64,000 bases of DNA from Promethearchaeota archaeon (GCA_019894975.1 JAGXNO010000017.1:1-64000), one strand, 5' to 3'; positions 1 through 11,131 are shown, counted from the first letter of the stretch. Numbers and translations are program-made. Notes: generated by a model from the sequence alone, not told the origin.

Positions 1-205
1 CATTGAAGATGTGCTTTATTGTTACCTCTTATTCTTTTAAAACTGAGATTATAGGTTTTTTTGATTTTTTTTGCTTTTTCAAAAAGCTTTTCTGCAATTT
101 TTCTATCAACGGTGTTTGGTATAAAATATTTTAGATAGTTTTTTCCACCGTTTTGAAATAGTCTTGGTAAATTTTCATAATCAAATCTCTATAATCTTTT
201 TTTTC

Positions 206-1561
206 TCATTCTTTTTTTTTAAAGCCCTCTTTAGGGCCATTACAACCTGGACATTTAAAATCATTTTGAAGATCTTTAAATAGAACTTCCATCAAGGCTT
301 CATCATATTCTTTTCCGCAGTTTTGGCATAAGTAAATATATAATTCCAACAATTCCCTGAGTTCATTTTTATCTACATCTTGCTCCATTTTTTTGTAGAC
401 GTAGGAGATTGCTTTAGTATCTCCAAATAATATTGCTCCTTTGAGTTTATTGTCTTTTAGCACCAATTTTTGATAACAGCAATCCTTTTTATCTGCCTTT
501 TTTAGAATTTCCCATCCTCCAGATAATTCTTCTTTAGAAGGATCAATAATTCCTATAGAAGTCAATTCTAAACCAATAATTTTAAGAGTATTTTTAGGAG
601 TTGTGCCATGGTATTCTACTTTCTTTAATCCAAGAACAGATGCTGCTACAATCTTTGATTGTTCCATACATGCTGGAATGATCCCCCAAATCTGATTATT
701 ATATTCGATACAGTCTCCTACTGCAAAAATATCATTTTCACTGGTTTCTAAATATTCATTTACTATTATGCCTTTATTGGTTTTAAGATTTGCATCTTGT
801 GCAATCTTAATTGTTGGTCTGATACCTGCTTGAATTATTACGATATCAGTCTTTAACACTTCCCCTCCTTTAAGTCTAATACCTTTAACTGAGCCATTAC
901 CTAGAATTTCCTCTGTGGCTGCGTCCAAGACTATCTTAATCCCTTTACTTTCAATTTCTTTTTTTAGCATATCTCCACATTCTAAATCCAATTGTCGGGG
1001 TAATAAGCGTGGAAAAAATTCAACTACAGTAGTATCTAACCCCGCCTTTTTTATTTGGTTTGCTAGTTCTAAACCTAGCAATCCACCACCAATAATAATT
1101 GCTTTTTTAACATTTTCATTGCTAATGAAACTTTTTATTTCAAGAGCATCATCAATATTACGTAAGGTGAACACTCCTTTCTTGTCATCCTTCAATTTCA
1201 CAGCATTCTTAATGGGAGGAATATTAGGCATACTTCCTAAAGCTAAGACAAGTTTATCATAAGAAATCGGATTATCTTTTCCTTCAATTTCTAATGTCTT
1301 AATCTTTGGGTTAATTTTTTTTATTTGAGTATTAAGGTTTAAGTTAATGTGCTTTTTTTCATACCAATCTTCCTTGAATACAATTAAATCATCAAGATTA
1401 ACAGTTTCAGAGATAAGTTCAGGTAAATTTATTCTTGTATAATATGGATACTTTTCTTGAGTATAAACGTCGATTTCTACCTCTTCATTCAGAAATCTTA
1501 TATTTTGAGCAGTAAATGTACCAGAAACATTATTTCCAATGATCACAATTTTTTTCATCAA
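206..1561 (-). CDS. FAD/NAD(P)H oxidoreductase (NirB/rubredoxin-reductase-like) with C-terminal rubredoxin domain
   Basis: N-terminal FAD motif (IVIIGNNVSG), GGGLLGLE NAD(P) motif, FAVGDC; C-terminus YLCQNCG...FKCPGC is rubredoxin-like. Confidence 0.85.
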   Translation of the reverse strand: MMKKIVIIGNNVSGTFTAQNIRFLNEEVEIDVYTQEKYPYYTRINLPELISETVNLDDLIVFKEDWYEKKHINLNLNTQIKKINPKIKTLEIEGKDNPISYDKLVLALGSMPNIPPIKNAVKLKDDKKGVFTLRNIDDALEIKSFISNENVKKAIIIGGGLLGLELANQIKKAGLDTTVVEFFPRLLPRQLDLECGDMLKKEIESKGIKIVLDAATEEILGNGSVKGIRLKGGEVLKTDIVIIQAGIRPTIKIAQDANLKTNKGIIVNEYLETSENDIFAVGDCIEYNNQIWGIIPACMEQSKIVAASVLGLKKVEYHGTTPKNTLKIIGLELTSIGIIDPSKEELSGGWEILKKADKKDCCYQKLVLKDNKLKGAILFGDTKAISYVYKKMEQDVDKNELRELLELYIYLCQNCGKEYDEALMEVLFKDLQNDFKCPGCNGPKEGFKKKE

Positions 1562-1692
1562 TTTTATTCATTTTTTTGATTTATTCATCTTATTTTAAGG
1601 TTTTTATTATGGTTTCTAAGTTTTGTATGAGTTTACCGAAAAAGAACATGTTCGAAATCAAAATTATAAAGCCTTTTCTATTTGAATTAACT

Positions 1693-2478
1693 ATGACTGA
1701 AGTAGAACAGTTAAAAAAAGTGAATAGAAAAATCATCAGAATCGATGAAGACTTATGTACGGGCTGTGGAAACTGTACTGTAGCATGTGCTGAAGCGGCA
1801 TTAGAAATTATTGATGGAAAAGCAAAAGTAGTTAATGATGTTTTCTGTGATGGTTTAGGGGCTTGCATAGGAGAGTGTCCAGAAGGTGCTCTCGAAATAA
1901 TCGAAAGAGAAGCAGTAGAATTTGATGAAGAAGAAGTTGAAAAGCGTTTAGAAGTGTTAAATAAGAAGAATCTCACAGAAACGGAACAAGTAAATCAAGT
2001 AGTTGCTGAACATGCACATCAATGTGGTTGTCCTTCTGCCCAAACTATGGTGTTTAATGAAGCTGAGACAGAAACAGAAGTAGGGGGAAAAGTTCCTTCA
2101 GCTTTACGACAATGGCCAGTTCAAATGCACTTAATAAATCCTAATGCTCCATATTATCAAGGTGCTGATGTATTGCTATCTGCTGATTGTGTTGGATTTT
2201 CTTATGGTGACTTTCATAGGGATTTCTTAAAACAAAAATCAATTGCGATCGCCTGCCCAAAACTAGATCAAGGAAAAGAAATATACATTGAAAAAATAAA
2301 AACCTTGATTGATGATGCTAAAATAAACACCCTTACAGTTGCAATTATGGAAGTTCCATGCTGTTCAGGCCTATTAGCTCTAGCTCAAGAAGGTGCTAAA
2401 CAAGCAAGCCGTAAAGTACCTATAAAATACGTAGTTGTAGGAATACAAGGAAATATTATAAAAGAAGAATGGGTATAA
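1693..2478 (+). CDS. 4Fe-4S dicluster-domain Fe-S protein
   Basis: CTGCGNCTVAC and CDGLGACIGECP ferredoxin motifs, QWPVQ, IACPKLD, MEVPCC; start moved from TTG 1576 to ATG 1693 (inference). Confidence 0.8.
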   Translation: MTEVEQLKKVNRKIIRIDEDLCTGCGNCTVACAEAALEIIDGKAKVVNDVFCDGLGACIGECPEGALEIIEREAVEFDEEEVEKRLEVLNKKNLTETEQVNQVVAEHAHQCGCPSAQTMVFNEAETETEVGGKVPSALRQWPVQMHLINPNAPYYQGADVLLSADCVGFSYGDFHRDFLKQKSIAIACPKLDQGKEIYIEKIKTLIDDAKINTLTVAIMEVPCCSGLLALAQEGAKQASRKVPIKYVVVGIQGNIIKEEWV

Positions 2479-2498
2479 TTTTTTTTATCTTTTTATTA

Positions 2499-3152
2499 TT
2501 ATTTTTTGAGTAACACTTTTTTCTTAATGATTTTTCTTAGCATAACAGATAAAGCTGATTTAGATTTACCCATCTGATTAGCTAACTCTTCTAATGATAT
2601 TTTTCGGGGGATTTCGAAGAAACCTGCAGAGATTGCTCTATCAAGTATATTCAATTCATCCAATGTTAATTTGTTTTTATCATTTTCAATATTATATGGT
2701 GAAATCCCAATTCTCAATAATTCAAAATTAATTTTTTTCTGTTCAAAAAGAGTTAATAATTGATCTATGCGCTCTCTACTTGAAACTAATCTCCAGAAGG
2801 CAAAACCATCTTCAACTCTAACAGGAAAGTCAATGAGTACACCACACTTTATTATAGCATATAATAAATAAGGATCTTTTGTCTTGATGTTAAATTTTAC
2901 TCTCTTTTCTTCTTGTTCTAAAATGCTGAGCTCAAATACAGAAGGATGATTTCTTATTTCATCGATAATCTTTTCTATGTCGTAATGCATAATTTCAATT
3001 GCGGAATTTCCAATAGATTTCTCAAGATCATAAGGAAGAAAGTGTGAAATTTCCATTTTAACATCAGGGAACTCTTTAAATATGTGGGAGATCCATAATT
3101 GTTCAGGAAATTTAATTTTAACTCGTGCTAAACTTGTTTTACTTGTTTCCAT
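2499..3152 (-). CDS. Bacterio-opsin-activator-like (HTH-10) transcription regulator
   Basis: C-terminal AISAGFFEIPRKISLEELANQMGKSKSALS HTH-10 signature. Confidence 0.8.
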   Translation of the reverse strand: METSKTSLARVKIKFPEQLWISHIFKEFPDVKMEISHFLPYDLEKSIGNSAIEIMHYDIEKIIDEIRNHPSVFELSILEQEEKRVKFNIKTKDPYLLYAIIKCGVLIDFPVRVEDGFAFWRLVSSRERIDQLLTLFEQKKINFELLRIGISPYNIENDKNKLTLDELNILDRAISAGFFEIPRKISLEELANQMGKSKSALSVMLRKIIKKKVLLKK

Positions 3153-3215
3153 CTTTTAATATTAGTATTCTACAATTTAAATTATTTTTCAGAGAACAAT
3201 AATTAATAAAAGAAA

Positions 3216-3830
3216 TTGAATTGTAATAATATGATGGAAAACAAGAATCTGCTATTAGGCATTTGTGGAAGCCCCAGAAAGCAAGGAACAGATTATGCAA
3301 TCAATTATGCTTTACAGTATGCCAAGGATAAATTTGGGTTTGATACAGAATTTTGGTCTGTTAAAGGAAAAAATTTAATGTTCTGTACTCATTGTGATCA
3401 TTGTATCAGGGAGAAAAAGGGTTGTATTAATAAAGATGATTTACAAGAGTTATATCCCTTAATTGAAAGTGCAAAATTTTTAATTATTGGAACTCCTGTT
3501 TTTCAAGGTACTTTATCCGGACAATTAAAAACCCTTTTGGATCGTCTACGAGCATTAGTAGCTAAAAATCCAGAAGTGTTTAAGAATAAAGTTGGAGCCG
3601 CTCTAGCTGTAGGGGGTGACAGAAATGGTGGTCAAGAAATTGCTATTAGAAGTATTTTAGATTTTTTTCAACAAAATCATATTTTATCCGTATCTGGGGG
3701 TGCTTTTGGAGCAAATTTAGGTGCAAGTTTATGGAGTCAAGATTTGGGTTTGAAAGGAGTAGAATCAGATGGATATGGGCTAAGATCTATTAGAAAAGTC
3801 ATCAAAAGGATGGCGGAATTTATGGATTAA
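3216..3830 (+). CDS. Iron-sulfur flavoprotein (multimeric flavodoxin family)
   Basis: GSPR FMN loop, CTHCDHC-x5-C, GTPVF, RNGGQE. Confidence 0.85.
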   Translation: MNCNNMMENKNLLLGICGSPRKQGTDYAINYALQYAKDKFGFDTEFWSVKGKNLMFCTHCDHCIREKKGCINKDDLQELYPLIESAKFLIIGTPVFQGTLSGQLKTLLDRLRALVAKNPEVFKNKVGAALAVGGDRNGGQEIAIRSILDFFQQNHILSVSGGAFGANLGASLWSQDLGLKGVESDGYGLRSIRKVIKRMAEFMD

Positions 3831-3874
3831 ATTTCAAGAAATTAAGTCAGTTCTGAATATAATTAGTAATATTA

Positions 3875-4546
3875 ATGAATCCTAAATTATTTCCATACGA
3901 AAATAGATTTATAATTAATACCAAGAAATTGTACATGAGATATCAAAAAAAAGAACTCAAACATAAAATTAAGAGAGAACCATTAACTGATTATAAGAGG
4001 GGATTATTTATCGTAGTTTTATTCCTTTCTCTTGGGGTTGGACAACTAATATTTGTTATCTCAACACGGTCACAACTTATTTGGAGATATAATCCAGGAC
4101 CTTTATCGGGTAGTGAAATCGTTAATGTCCCACAAACTTATCTATTACCAGACAGATATGTATTTACTATTGCAGGGTACTTCCCTCACATTTTAAATGA
4201 GGATGTGGTTGGGAATGTAACTCTAATACACCAAGCTTCAGGGAAAACCTATTTTTTTAATTATACAATTGTTGGCTATTTAATGTATGAAAAAATGATA
4301 CTTGATGCTAAGACATTACATTTAGATCCAGGTACATATAATATCTCATGGGATAACAACGTTGACCGGTTTGAATATTATTTTACAACTCACGGTCTTT
4401 TTAATTTGTTTCCAAAAACCGATAGATTCCCTTATTTAGCTGAAACAGTTATATTAGTTGTTTCAATATTTGGATTAATTGCTTTTTTGGTTGCAGCAGT
4501 TAAAAAATATTTGAAAATAAAACGAAATTATTCTTTTTATAAATAA
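3875..4546 (+). CDS. Hypothetical protein with two TM helices flanking an extracytoplasmic beta-rich domain
   Basis: Hydrophobic segments near both termini; start uncertain. Confidence 0.6.
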   Translation: MNPKLFPYENRFIINTKKLYMRYQKKELKHKIKREPLTDYKRGLFIVVLFLSLGVGQLIFVISTRSQLIWRYNPGPLSGSEIVNVPQTYLLPDRYVFTIAGYFPHILNEDVVGNVTLIHQASGKTYFFNYTIVGYLMYEKMILDAKTLHLDPGTYNISWDNNVDRFEYYFTTHGLFNLFPKTDRFPYLAETVILVVSIFGLIAFLVAAVKKYLKIKRNYSFYK

Positions 4547-4635
4547 AGTTTCAACTAACTTATTTTTATTTTAACTTAAAATTTAGATTAGTAACTCTCA
4601 ACAAAGGTTAATTTCAAAAAAAATGTAAAAAAAAA

Positions 4636-4932
4636 TTATTTGACACCAAATAATTTCTTTGCTTCCTTTATTCTGAGACCATTTATACCCCAAAGTTCTT
4701 TAAACCAATATTTTCCTTTATGAAGTACTGCGGGGGTATTTACTATACATCCATCAGCGTCACAAAAAGTTGATAAGAAATTTTTATCATGTAATAACTC
4801 ATGAACAAATTCCTCGTCATTTACATCTCTCTCAACGTATTTTACATCATTCTCTTTAAGCCAATCCTTAAGCTCGTGACAGCGGTGACAATCTTCCTTT
4901 GTAATCACAATGGGAGTATTTGCTTTAGCCAT
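4636..4932 (-). CDS. Glutaredoxin-like protein
   Basis: CHRC active site, KYVERDV, TPAV cis-Pro motif; likely start ATG 4932. Confidence 0.8.
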   Translation of the reverse strand: MAKANTPIVITKEDCHRCHELKDWLKENDVKYVERDVNDEEFVHELLHDKNFLSTFCDADGCIVNTPAVLHKGKYWFKELWGINGLRIKEAKKLFGVK

Positions 4933-5167
4933 ATTATTAAGATATTTCATTGATATATAAAATTTTCATCTTTAGATTGTAATAAGAATTAAAAAAGGTA
5001 AAATGCTATTCAGTGAAAACGGCTAAAAAGTTAATAATAAATAAAATCTAAATTCAATAGGACTATTATTAAGATTTTAGGTATTTTTAATAATTTATTA
5101 GCATTAGATTATTATTATTTAAGGGTCTTTAATTGAATAAGCTTAAAGAAGAAATTATATGTCATGA

Positions 5168-5488
5168 GTGATGATTATGTCAATCGAAGATGTAATTGAT
5201 AATCTTGCAAAGGAAGTTGACGGTGAAAATGGTACTGATGAAAATATCTTGATTTTCACATTATCAACCTGCATGTGGTGTAAAAAATGTAAGACTTTTC
5301 TAAACGATCGTAATTTGAAATATCGATATGTTGAAGTGGATAAAATCGATCTAAAAGATAAATCAACTATCTTAAATTATCTTAGAGAAAAATATGATGC
5401 AAGAATATCCTATCCGTTCCTTGTATGTGAAAGCGGACATGTTGTAGGATACAACCCTAATCAATATGAAGAGCTATTTAATAAGTGA
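5168..5488 (+). CDS. Glutaredoxin/NrdH-like protein
   Basis: STCMWCKK, ISYP, VVGY motifs. Confidence 0.85.
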   Translation: MMIMSIEDVIDNLAKEVDGENGTDENILIFTLSTCMWCKKCKTFLNDRNLKYRYVEVDKIDLKDKSTILNYLREKYDARISYPFLVCESGHVVGYNPNQYEELFNK

Positions 5489-5498
5489 GGGGATTCAA

Positions 5499-5867
5499 AT
5501 GGATATGGAAACAAAAGAAGGAATGAAAGAATATATTAATCAAGTAGCTGAAACAAATAATTGGATTAATAATCAAGAAAAAAGAACTTATGAGGATTTA
5601 ATTGATGGATTAGTTGATAACAAAAGAAATCTAGGATATCAATCTTGCCCATGTAGATTTGCAAGTGGTAAAAGGGAGTTAGACAGGGATCTCATATGTC
5701 CGTGTAATTATGCTGCTCAAGATATAAAAGAATATTTTGCATGTTATTGTAATCTTTTTTTGAGTCCCGATTTCTATGATAAAGGAATAAACTATATAAT
5801 TGTTCCAGAAAGAAGACCGATTGAAAAAGAAAATGCTACATTGGAATACATTAATCAGCAAAAATAA
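5499..5867 (+). CDS. Ferredoxin:thioredoxin reductase catalytic subunit-like protein
   Basis: CPCR...ICPC...CYC triad; GTGAGGGG RBS before ATG 5499. Confidence 0.9.
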   Translation: MDMETKEGMKEYINQVAETNNWINNQEKRTYEDLIDGLVDNKRNLGYQSCPCRFASGKRELDRDLICPCNYAAQDIKEYFACYCNLFLSPDFYDKGINYIIVPERRPIEKENATLEYINQQK

Positions 5868-5979
5868 TTTTTTTATACCAATTAATCTTTCCAAAACTCT
5901 TTTTTTTAATATTATGTAATCAGATTATCAATATTTCATAATCTAAATTTTTAAATATTGCATATCCTCTTTAATAAAT

Positions 5980-6138
5980 ATGCCAGATAATGAAATGTCT
6001 GATGATGACTTAGAGAGAGAACTAGATAAGGCTTTTAAAGAAAACGAACCTAAAAAAGACAACTGTGGAACAGCAATACCCGCGAATCAAGAGGTCGGCG
6101 TTCAAAGGACAAATGTAAAACTAAAAAATGATGAATAA
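5980..6138 (+). CDS. Small acidic protein, 52 aa (not in ORF track)
   Basis: Hand translation MPDNEMSDDDLERELDKAFKENEPKKDNCGTAIPANQEVGVQRTNVKLKNDE*; GC-richer than its flanks. Confidence 0.6.
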   Translation: MPDNEMSDDDLERELDKAFKENEPKKDNCGTAIPANQEVGVQRTNVKLKNDE

Positions 6139-6274
6139 ATATTCATAAATTTAATTTTTATTCCTATTTTTTTAATCTATTTATTTCCTATGTATTCAAT
6201 CTAAATTAATGACAAATTAAAACAACAATATAAACTTATTAAAAGATCTCAATTTAATAATTAGTGTTATTATC

Positions 6275-7258
6275 ATGAAAGAGCGTATTAAAGGAAGGAA
6301 GAATTTTCCTACTGAGGAAGTAGATTCTGACAATTTTCTTAGCGATAATGAGATAAGAAAACTCATAAATCGGAAAAAAAAGATTAAATTTTCTCAAGAA
6401 GATTTTGATAAACTTTTCAATTGTGTTCATTGTGGGGAATGCGAAACGGAACCTGAAAGATTCTTATTAAAACAAAAATTTATTGAAGATGGTAATACTT
6501 TTGATGAGAAAAACGAAATGCTTGAATACTTTCAAAAGTATAGAACTCCTTATCCCACAAATAAAATGAGAATAAAGATCCCAGAAGGAATTCCATCCGA
6601 ATCAGATACACTCTTCTTTATGGGATGCCTTTCTACAATAAGAATCCCAAAATATACTGAGCATGCGCTTCAATATCTCTTAAATCAAAATATTGACTTT
6701 ACAATTCTAGAAGAAGAAATTTGTTGCGGGTGGCATTTACTTGCGAGTGGTTTGAAATCTGAATTTGAAGTTTGTATCAATGAAAACGCAAAAGTGTTCG
6801 AAAAATATAGGAGAGTAATTTGTTTATGTCCAGCATGCTTTTACCTATTTAAAACATACTTATTACCAAAACTGAATACAGATTTAGAAATTAAATATAT
6901 TTCAGACTACATTAAACCCTCTGAATCAAAACATTTAGGTAGAGTTGGGGTTCAACATTTATGTCAATTGATGAATAGAGGTAAGGAAGGTGTAGATACA
7001 TTAGTCAATGCTTCTCTTAAAAGAAGTGGTTATGAGGTTATTGATGTACCCCATTGGTGTTGTGGAGGAGGAACTGGTTGGATGGGAAGAACATCTATAA
7101 TTGAAAGTGTAGCTCGTAAAAGAATGTCAGATTTTAATAGAGAGGATATTGATTATGTAACAACTTATTGTCCCTCATGTTGGTGGATCCTACGCAGGTT
7201 TAGTAAATTGTGTAAAATCAAACCGAAAGCAAAAGATTTATTTGAGCTTTTGCTATAA
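6275..7258 (+). CDS. CCG-domain Fe-S oxidoreductase (HdrD/GlpC-like)
   Basis: CVHCGEC, FFMGC, EICCG, CPAC, HWCCGGG, YCPSC. Confidence 0.85.
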   Translation: MKERIKGRKNFPTEEVDSDNFLSDNEIRKLINRKKKIKFSQEDFDKLFNCVHCGECETEPERFLLKQKFIEDGNTFDEKNEMLEYFQKYRTPYPTNKMRIKIPEGIPSESDTLFFMGCLSTIRIPKYTEHALQYLLNQNIDFTILEEEICCGWHLLASGLKSEFEVCINENAKVFEKYRRVICLCPACFYLFKTYLLPKLNTDLEIKYISDYIKPSESKHLGRVGVQHLCQLMNRGKEGVDTLVNASLKRSGYEVIDVPHWCCGGGTGWMGRTSIIESVARKRMSDFNREDIDYVTTYCPSCWWILRRFSKLCKIKPKAKDLFELLL

Positions 7259-7269
7259 ATATATCGAAT

Positions 7270-8921
7270 TTATTTTAATTCAGGAATTAATATTATAAAA
7301 TTGCTTCCTTGTTCATAATCATTTTCAACACGGTTTTCAACCCAAATTTTTCCATCATAATTTTTAATGATTTTTTTCACTAGAGATAACCCAATACCCA
7401 TACCTCTCACTCTTTTATCTCTTTTATGGCCTTTTTGAAAAATAGCTTCTTTATTTTCATCAAAAATTCCTATACCATTATCCATGAACTCCAATTTTAT
7501 ATATTCCTTTTGATTAAATTTCTCTCTTAAAACTCTAATTTGGACTTCTACGATCTCATTTCTATTGTATTTAATTGCATTATGTAGAATGTTTTCGAAT
7601 ACATCTAGCAGAAATTCATTTGCTAATACAACAATCTCTTCTTTTTTTTTATTTAAATTAATATCTAATTCTTTTCCTTGGGTGCTTTTATTAGCAAAAA
7701 TTATAGCTTCATCCAGAAATTTATAAAGATCTACTTTCTTTAATGTCATCTCGGTTTCCTGAAGTTTAGAAAGTTTTCGCACGTTATCAATTAATTTGAC
7801 ACCCCGGTTAATCTGGTTGTCAATAATTTGAAAAATTTCGTCTATTTGCTCCGGACCTTCTGACTTTTCTTTCAAAATTGTTATTAGTTCCGCTGATGAT
7901 TGTATATTATGAAAAATATTGTTCATGTCATGAGTAAAAATATCCTTATAAAATTCAGCACGTTCATAAGCATCCCTATATTTTTTCTCGGATTTTTTCA
8001 ATTCCTGCTCAGCGTGTTGGTGTTCGGTTATATCTTTAAAACTCCATACCCGCCCTACATTTCTTCCATCATGTAATAATGGGCAAGAATATTGCTCAAA
8101 AATCCTACCATCCTTGAAAAATATCATATCATATGCGTCTTCTGATGTTTTTCTGAGGTTATACATTTTTAGTAGAAATTAGAGGGTTCTTTTAACTGAT
8201 TGACTATGTACTCCAACAGTTTCTTAAAATCCAGTTGTTCAATTATCTCTTCGGGTATACGCCACATATAGATAAATCGAGCATTTATATTCGTAATAAA
8301 ATCATCATCATTAATTGCTAGGATTCCATCAGCCGTTGCTTCGAAAGTTGCTCTTAATAATTCTTTACTTTCTCTTAATGCACTTTCAGCGTTTAGACGC
8401 TCAATAGCATCGCCCAGAATTTGGGAAAATATGCGCAAAATAGCAAAATCTTTACCTTTCCATTGAGTATTTTCTAGAACTCTAATAAAACATACATATC
8501 CAGCAATATCTCTTTTAATATAAATAGGAAAAGCTAAAAGGGATTTGATTTCTTGCTGTTGCATAAATACTCTTACAGATTTTGCATTATCAGGTAAAGA
8601 AGAAACATCTCTTATGTTGACAAAACTAATTTTATCAATTTGTTCCTTCCACCAAGATATTTGTTGAGTATCTATTTTTTTTAATTTTATCAATTGAGAA
8701 GAAATCCCTTCAGCACACCACTCATGAGTATGTTCTATGTTTGCTTTATCCCCATTAAAAAGAAAAAGTGATACTCGATTTGCTTGAGATAAAAGCCCTA
8801 AATCTTGAAAGGATGAATTAATCGCATCATCCAGATTAATATTACCGACAAATCTAGAAGAAATTGATGAGATAACCTTTTCAAAATTCAATCTGCTTTC
8901 TAATGACACTTTTCCTTCCAC
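7270..8921 (-). pseudogene. GAF-PAS histidine kinase split by a one-base frameshift near 8170
   Basis: 8169-8921 encodes GAF plus first half of PAS; 7270-8166 encodes rest of PAS (FKDGRIFEQYS...GRVWSFKDIT), H-box THDMNN and HATPase (DNGIG, GIGL); frames differ by one base. Confidence 0.7.
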
Positions 8922-9093
8922 TTATTATTACTAATCTTATCTATAGCTAATAGCAAGAAGATTTATGAGACTTAAGATTTATCTGATAATCCTCATTCTC
9001 AAAAAATAATAAACTCAATAAATATAAAATTTATGAAAAGAGTAACCTTTACAATTACTTTAGAGAACATTGATTTATTCTAATTGATCAGAA

Positions 9094-10239
9094 TTGAACT
9101 TAGAATCAGATAAGAACAATCAGCAAAAAATTTTTTACAGAAAAAAGTTTTCCCTCAGGGAATTCGGAGGAGCTTTTGGAGATTGGGGGACCTTAATCCC
9201 GTTTATTATTGGATATGTGTCAATTGTAGGATTAAGCCCTGCGGGGATTTTTCTAACATTAGGGATAACAAATATCATTTTAGGCGTTCGGTTCAATTTA
9301 CCTCTACCAGTTCAACCTCAGAAGACCATAGGGACTGTAGCTATTTCAGAAAGATGGGCACCTGATATGGTTATATCCACAGGATTTGGAACTGGGGTCA
9401 TTTGGTTTCTATTAGGTTTATCAAAAAAGCTAAATAAAATAGTCCAGAAAGTACCTATTATTTCTGTACGTGGTATTCAATTAGGATTAGCTTTCATTCT
9501 AGGTTGGGCAGGAATCATTCTATTTAAGGAAAGTCTTATACTGGGATTTATATCAATCCTAATAATCTTGATATTGATAAAAAATAAACCAATTCCCTCT
9601 GCCATAATACTAACCTTGTTAGGAATTTTCATATTACTCCTTTCGAAAACGATATTATTATCAGATATCACGTTTGGTCTACCATCTTTTAGTTTTAAAT
9701 TTCCAACATGGGATAATTTTGTAATTGGAATGATATATGCAGGAATTGCTCAACTATTTTTGACACTTACTAACGTTATGATAGCAACTGTAGTGTTAAT
9801 TAAAGACTTATTTCCGGAAAGAGAAGAGGTAGTAGATGCAAACTCTTTAGCTCTTAATATGGGGATTATGAATTTAATCAGCCCATTTTTTGTTGGAATG
9901 CCTACGTGCCATGGATCAGGTGGATTAATGGCTCAATATGCTTTCGGGGCAAGAACAGGAGGATCAATGATTTTGGAAGGAATAATGGAGATATTTCTAG
10001 GTATTTTCTTTTCAGAAACACTGTTTTTGATTTTCACGGAATTTCCGCTTGCAATATTGGGGGCAATGTTGATGTATACTGCGTTTTTATTGGGAAGAAT
10101 AGCTTTTAAGGATTCTAATATGAAAAGATTTCCGATTATACTAATTTCGGGATTGTGTTGTTTTTTTCTCAATATTACAGTAGGATTTTTCATAGGATTA
10201 GGATTATTTCTCATCTTTAAAAGGAAAATTGAGAAATAA
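9094..10239 (+). CDS. MOT1-family molybdate/sulfate transporter
   Basis: GAFGDWGTLIP, PLPVQP, MPTCHGSGG...FGARTG. Confidence 0.85.
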   Translation: MNLESDKNNQQKIFYRKKFSLREFGGAFGDWGTLIPFIIGYVSIVGLSPAGIFLTLGITNIILGVRFNLPLPVQPQKTIGTVAISERWAPDMVISTGFGTGVIWFLLGLSKKLNKIVQKVPIISVRGIQLGLAFILGWAGIILFKESLILGFISILIILILIKNKPIPSAIILTLLGIFILLLSKTILLSDITFGLPSFSFKFPTWDNFVIGMIYAGIAQLFLTLTNVMIATVVLIKDLFPEREEVVDANSLALNMGIMNLISPFFVGMPTCHGSGGLMAQYAFGARTGGSMILEGIMEIFLGIFFSETLFLIFTEFPLAILGAMLMYTAFLLGRIAFKDSNMKRFPIILISGLCCFFLNITVGFFIGLGLFLIFKRKIEK

Positions 10240-10303
10240 AAGAAGCAGTTTTAAATTCCTAAAAAGGGATTATTTTTCATTTTTGAATAAATATATATTG
10301 ACA

Positions 10304-10864
10304 TTATAGATTTTTTATTATTTTGCATGGATTTCCAGCTGCAAATACTCGTGCAGGTATATTTTTAGTAACAATAGAACCAGCTCCAATCACGGAATCA
10401 TCTCCTATAGAAATATCTGGAGATATTATTACTCCACCTCCAATCCATACATTATTACCAATTGTAATTGGTAATCCTAATTCATCTCCAGTTTTACGTA
10501 ATTCTGGATCTAATGGATGAATTGCACTGTATAGTTGAACATAAGGTCCGAATTTCGTATAATCTCCAATTTTTACTCTATTAACATCTAAAATAACACA
10601 ATTAGTATTCATATAAACATTTTTTCCTAATTGTATAGTTTTTCCAAAATCGCAATAAAATGGTGGTTCAATCGTTAATGGCTCCTTAAATGATGCAAGT
10701 AATTCTTTTAATATTCGCTTTCGTCCACTATAATCTAAAAAATTTAATTGATTATATTGTTGACATAAAATGTGAGCTCGATTGCGCTCCTCAGCTAGTT
10801 GTGGATCTCCTGCATTATATAATTGACCCGCTAACATTTTTTCTTTTTCTGATAATGGTTTCAT
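10304..10864 (-). CDS. maa: Maltose/sugar O-acetyltransferase
   Basis: EKEKMLAGQLY, EPPFYCDFG, hexapeptide repeats, AAGNPCK. Confidence 0.85.
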   Translation of the reverse strand: MKPLSEKEKMLAGQLYNAGDPQLAEERNRAHILCQQYNQLNFLDYSGRKRILKELLASFKEPLTIEPPFYCDFGKTIQLGKNVYMNTNCVILDVNRVKIGDYTKFGPYVQLYSAIHPLDPELRKTGDELGLPITIGNNVWIGGGVIISPDISIGDDSVIGAGSIVTKNIPARVFAAGNPCKIIKNL

Positions 10865-11131
10865 TTTTAATTGATCGGAATTTTCTCTTTAAAATAAAAG
10901 TTTGTAACATTTAATTTAAGTTGAAAGGCACTTCATCTTCAAAAAATTAATTGAGTCAGATGAAATTTGATTTTAACATACAGAAAAAGGTAGAATTTTA
11001 CATTTTTGAAATAATTAGATATCTTTATGAATTTTTTTCTTTAATTGATTAATTATTGGCTTTTTTCATATTAAAAGTGAAAAGATTAAATTGAAGGATT
11101 AGATTTGAAATTAGAAAAAAAGTCTAAACTG

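Noticed and set aside
1-209. Minus-strand frame starting at ATG 209 with an in-frame TAG at codon 7 (possible readthrough or pyrrolysine)
   Set aside because: No recognisable product, gene truncated by the window edge, adjacent A-run could hide an indel, and no pyl genes seen
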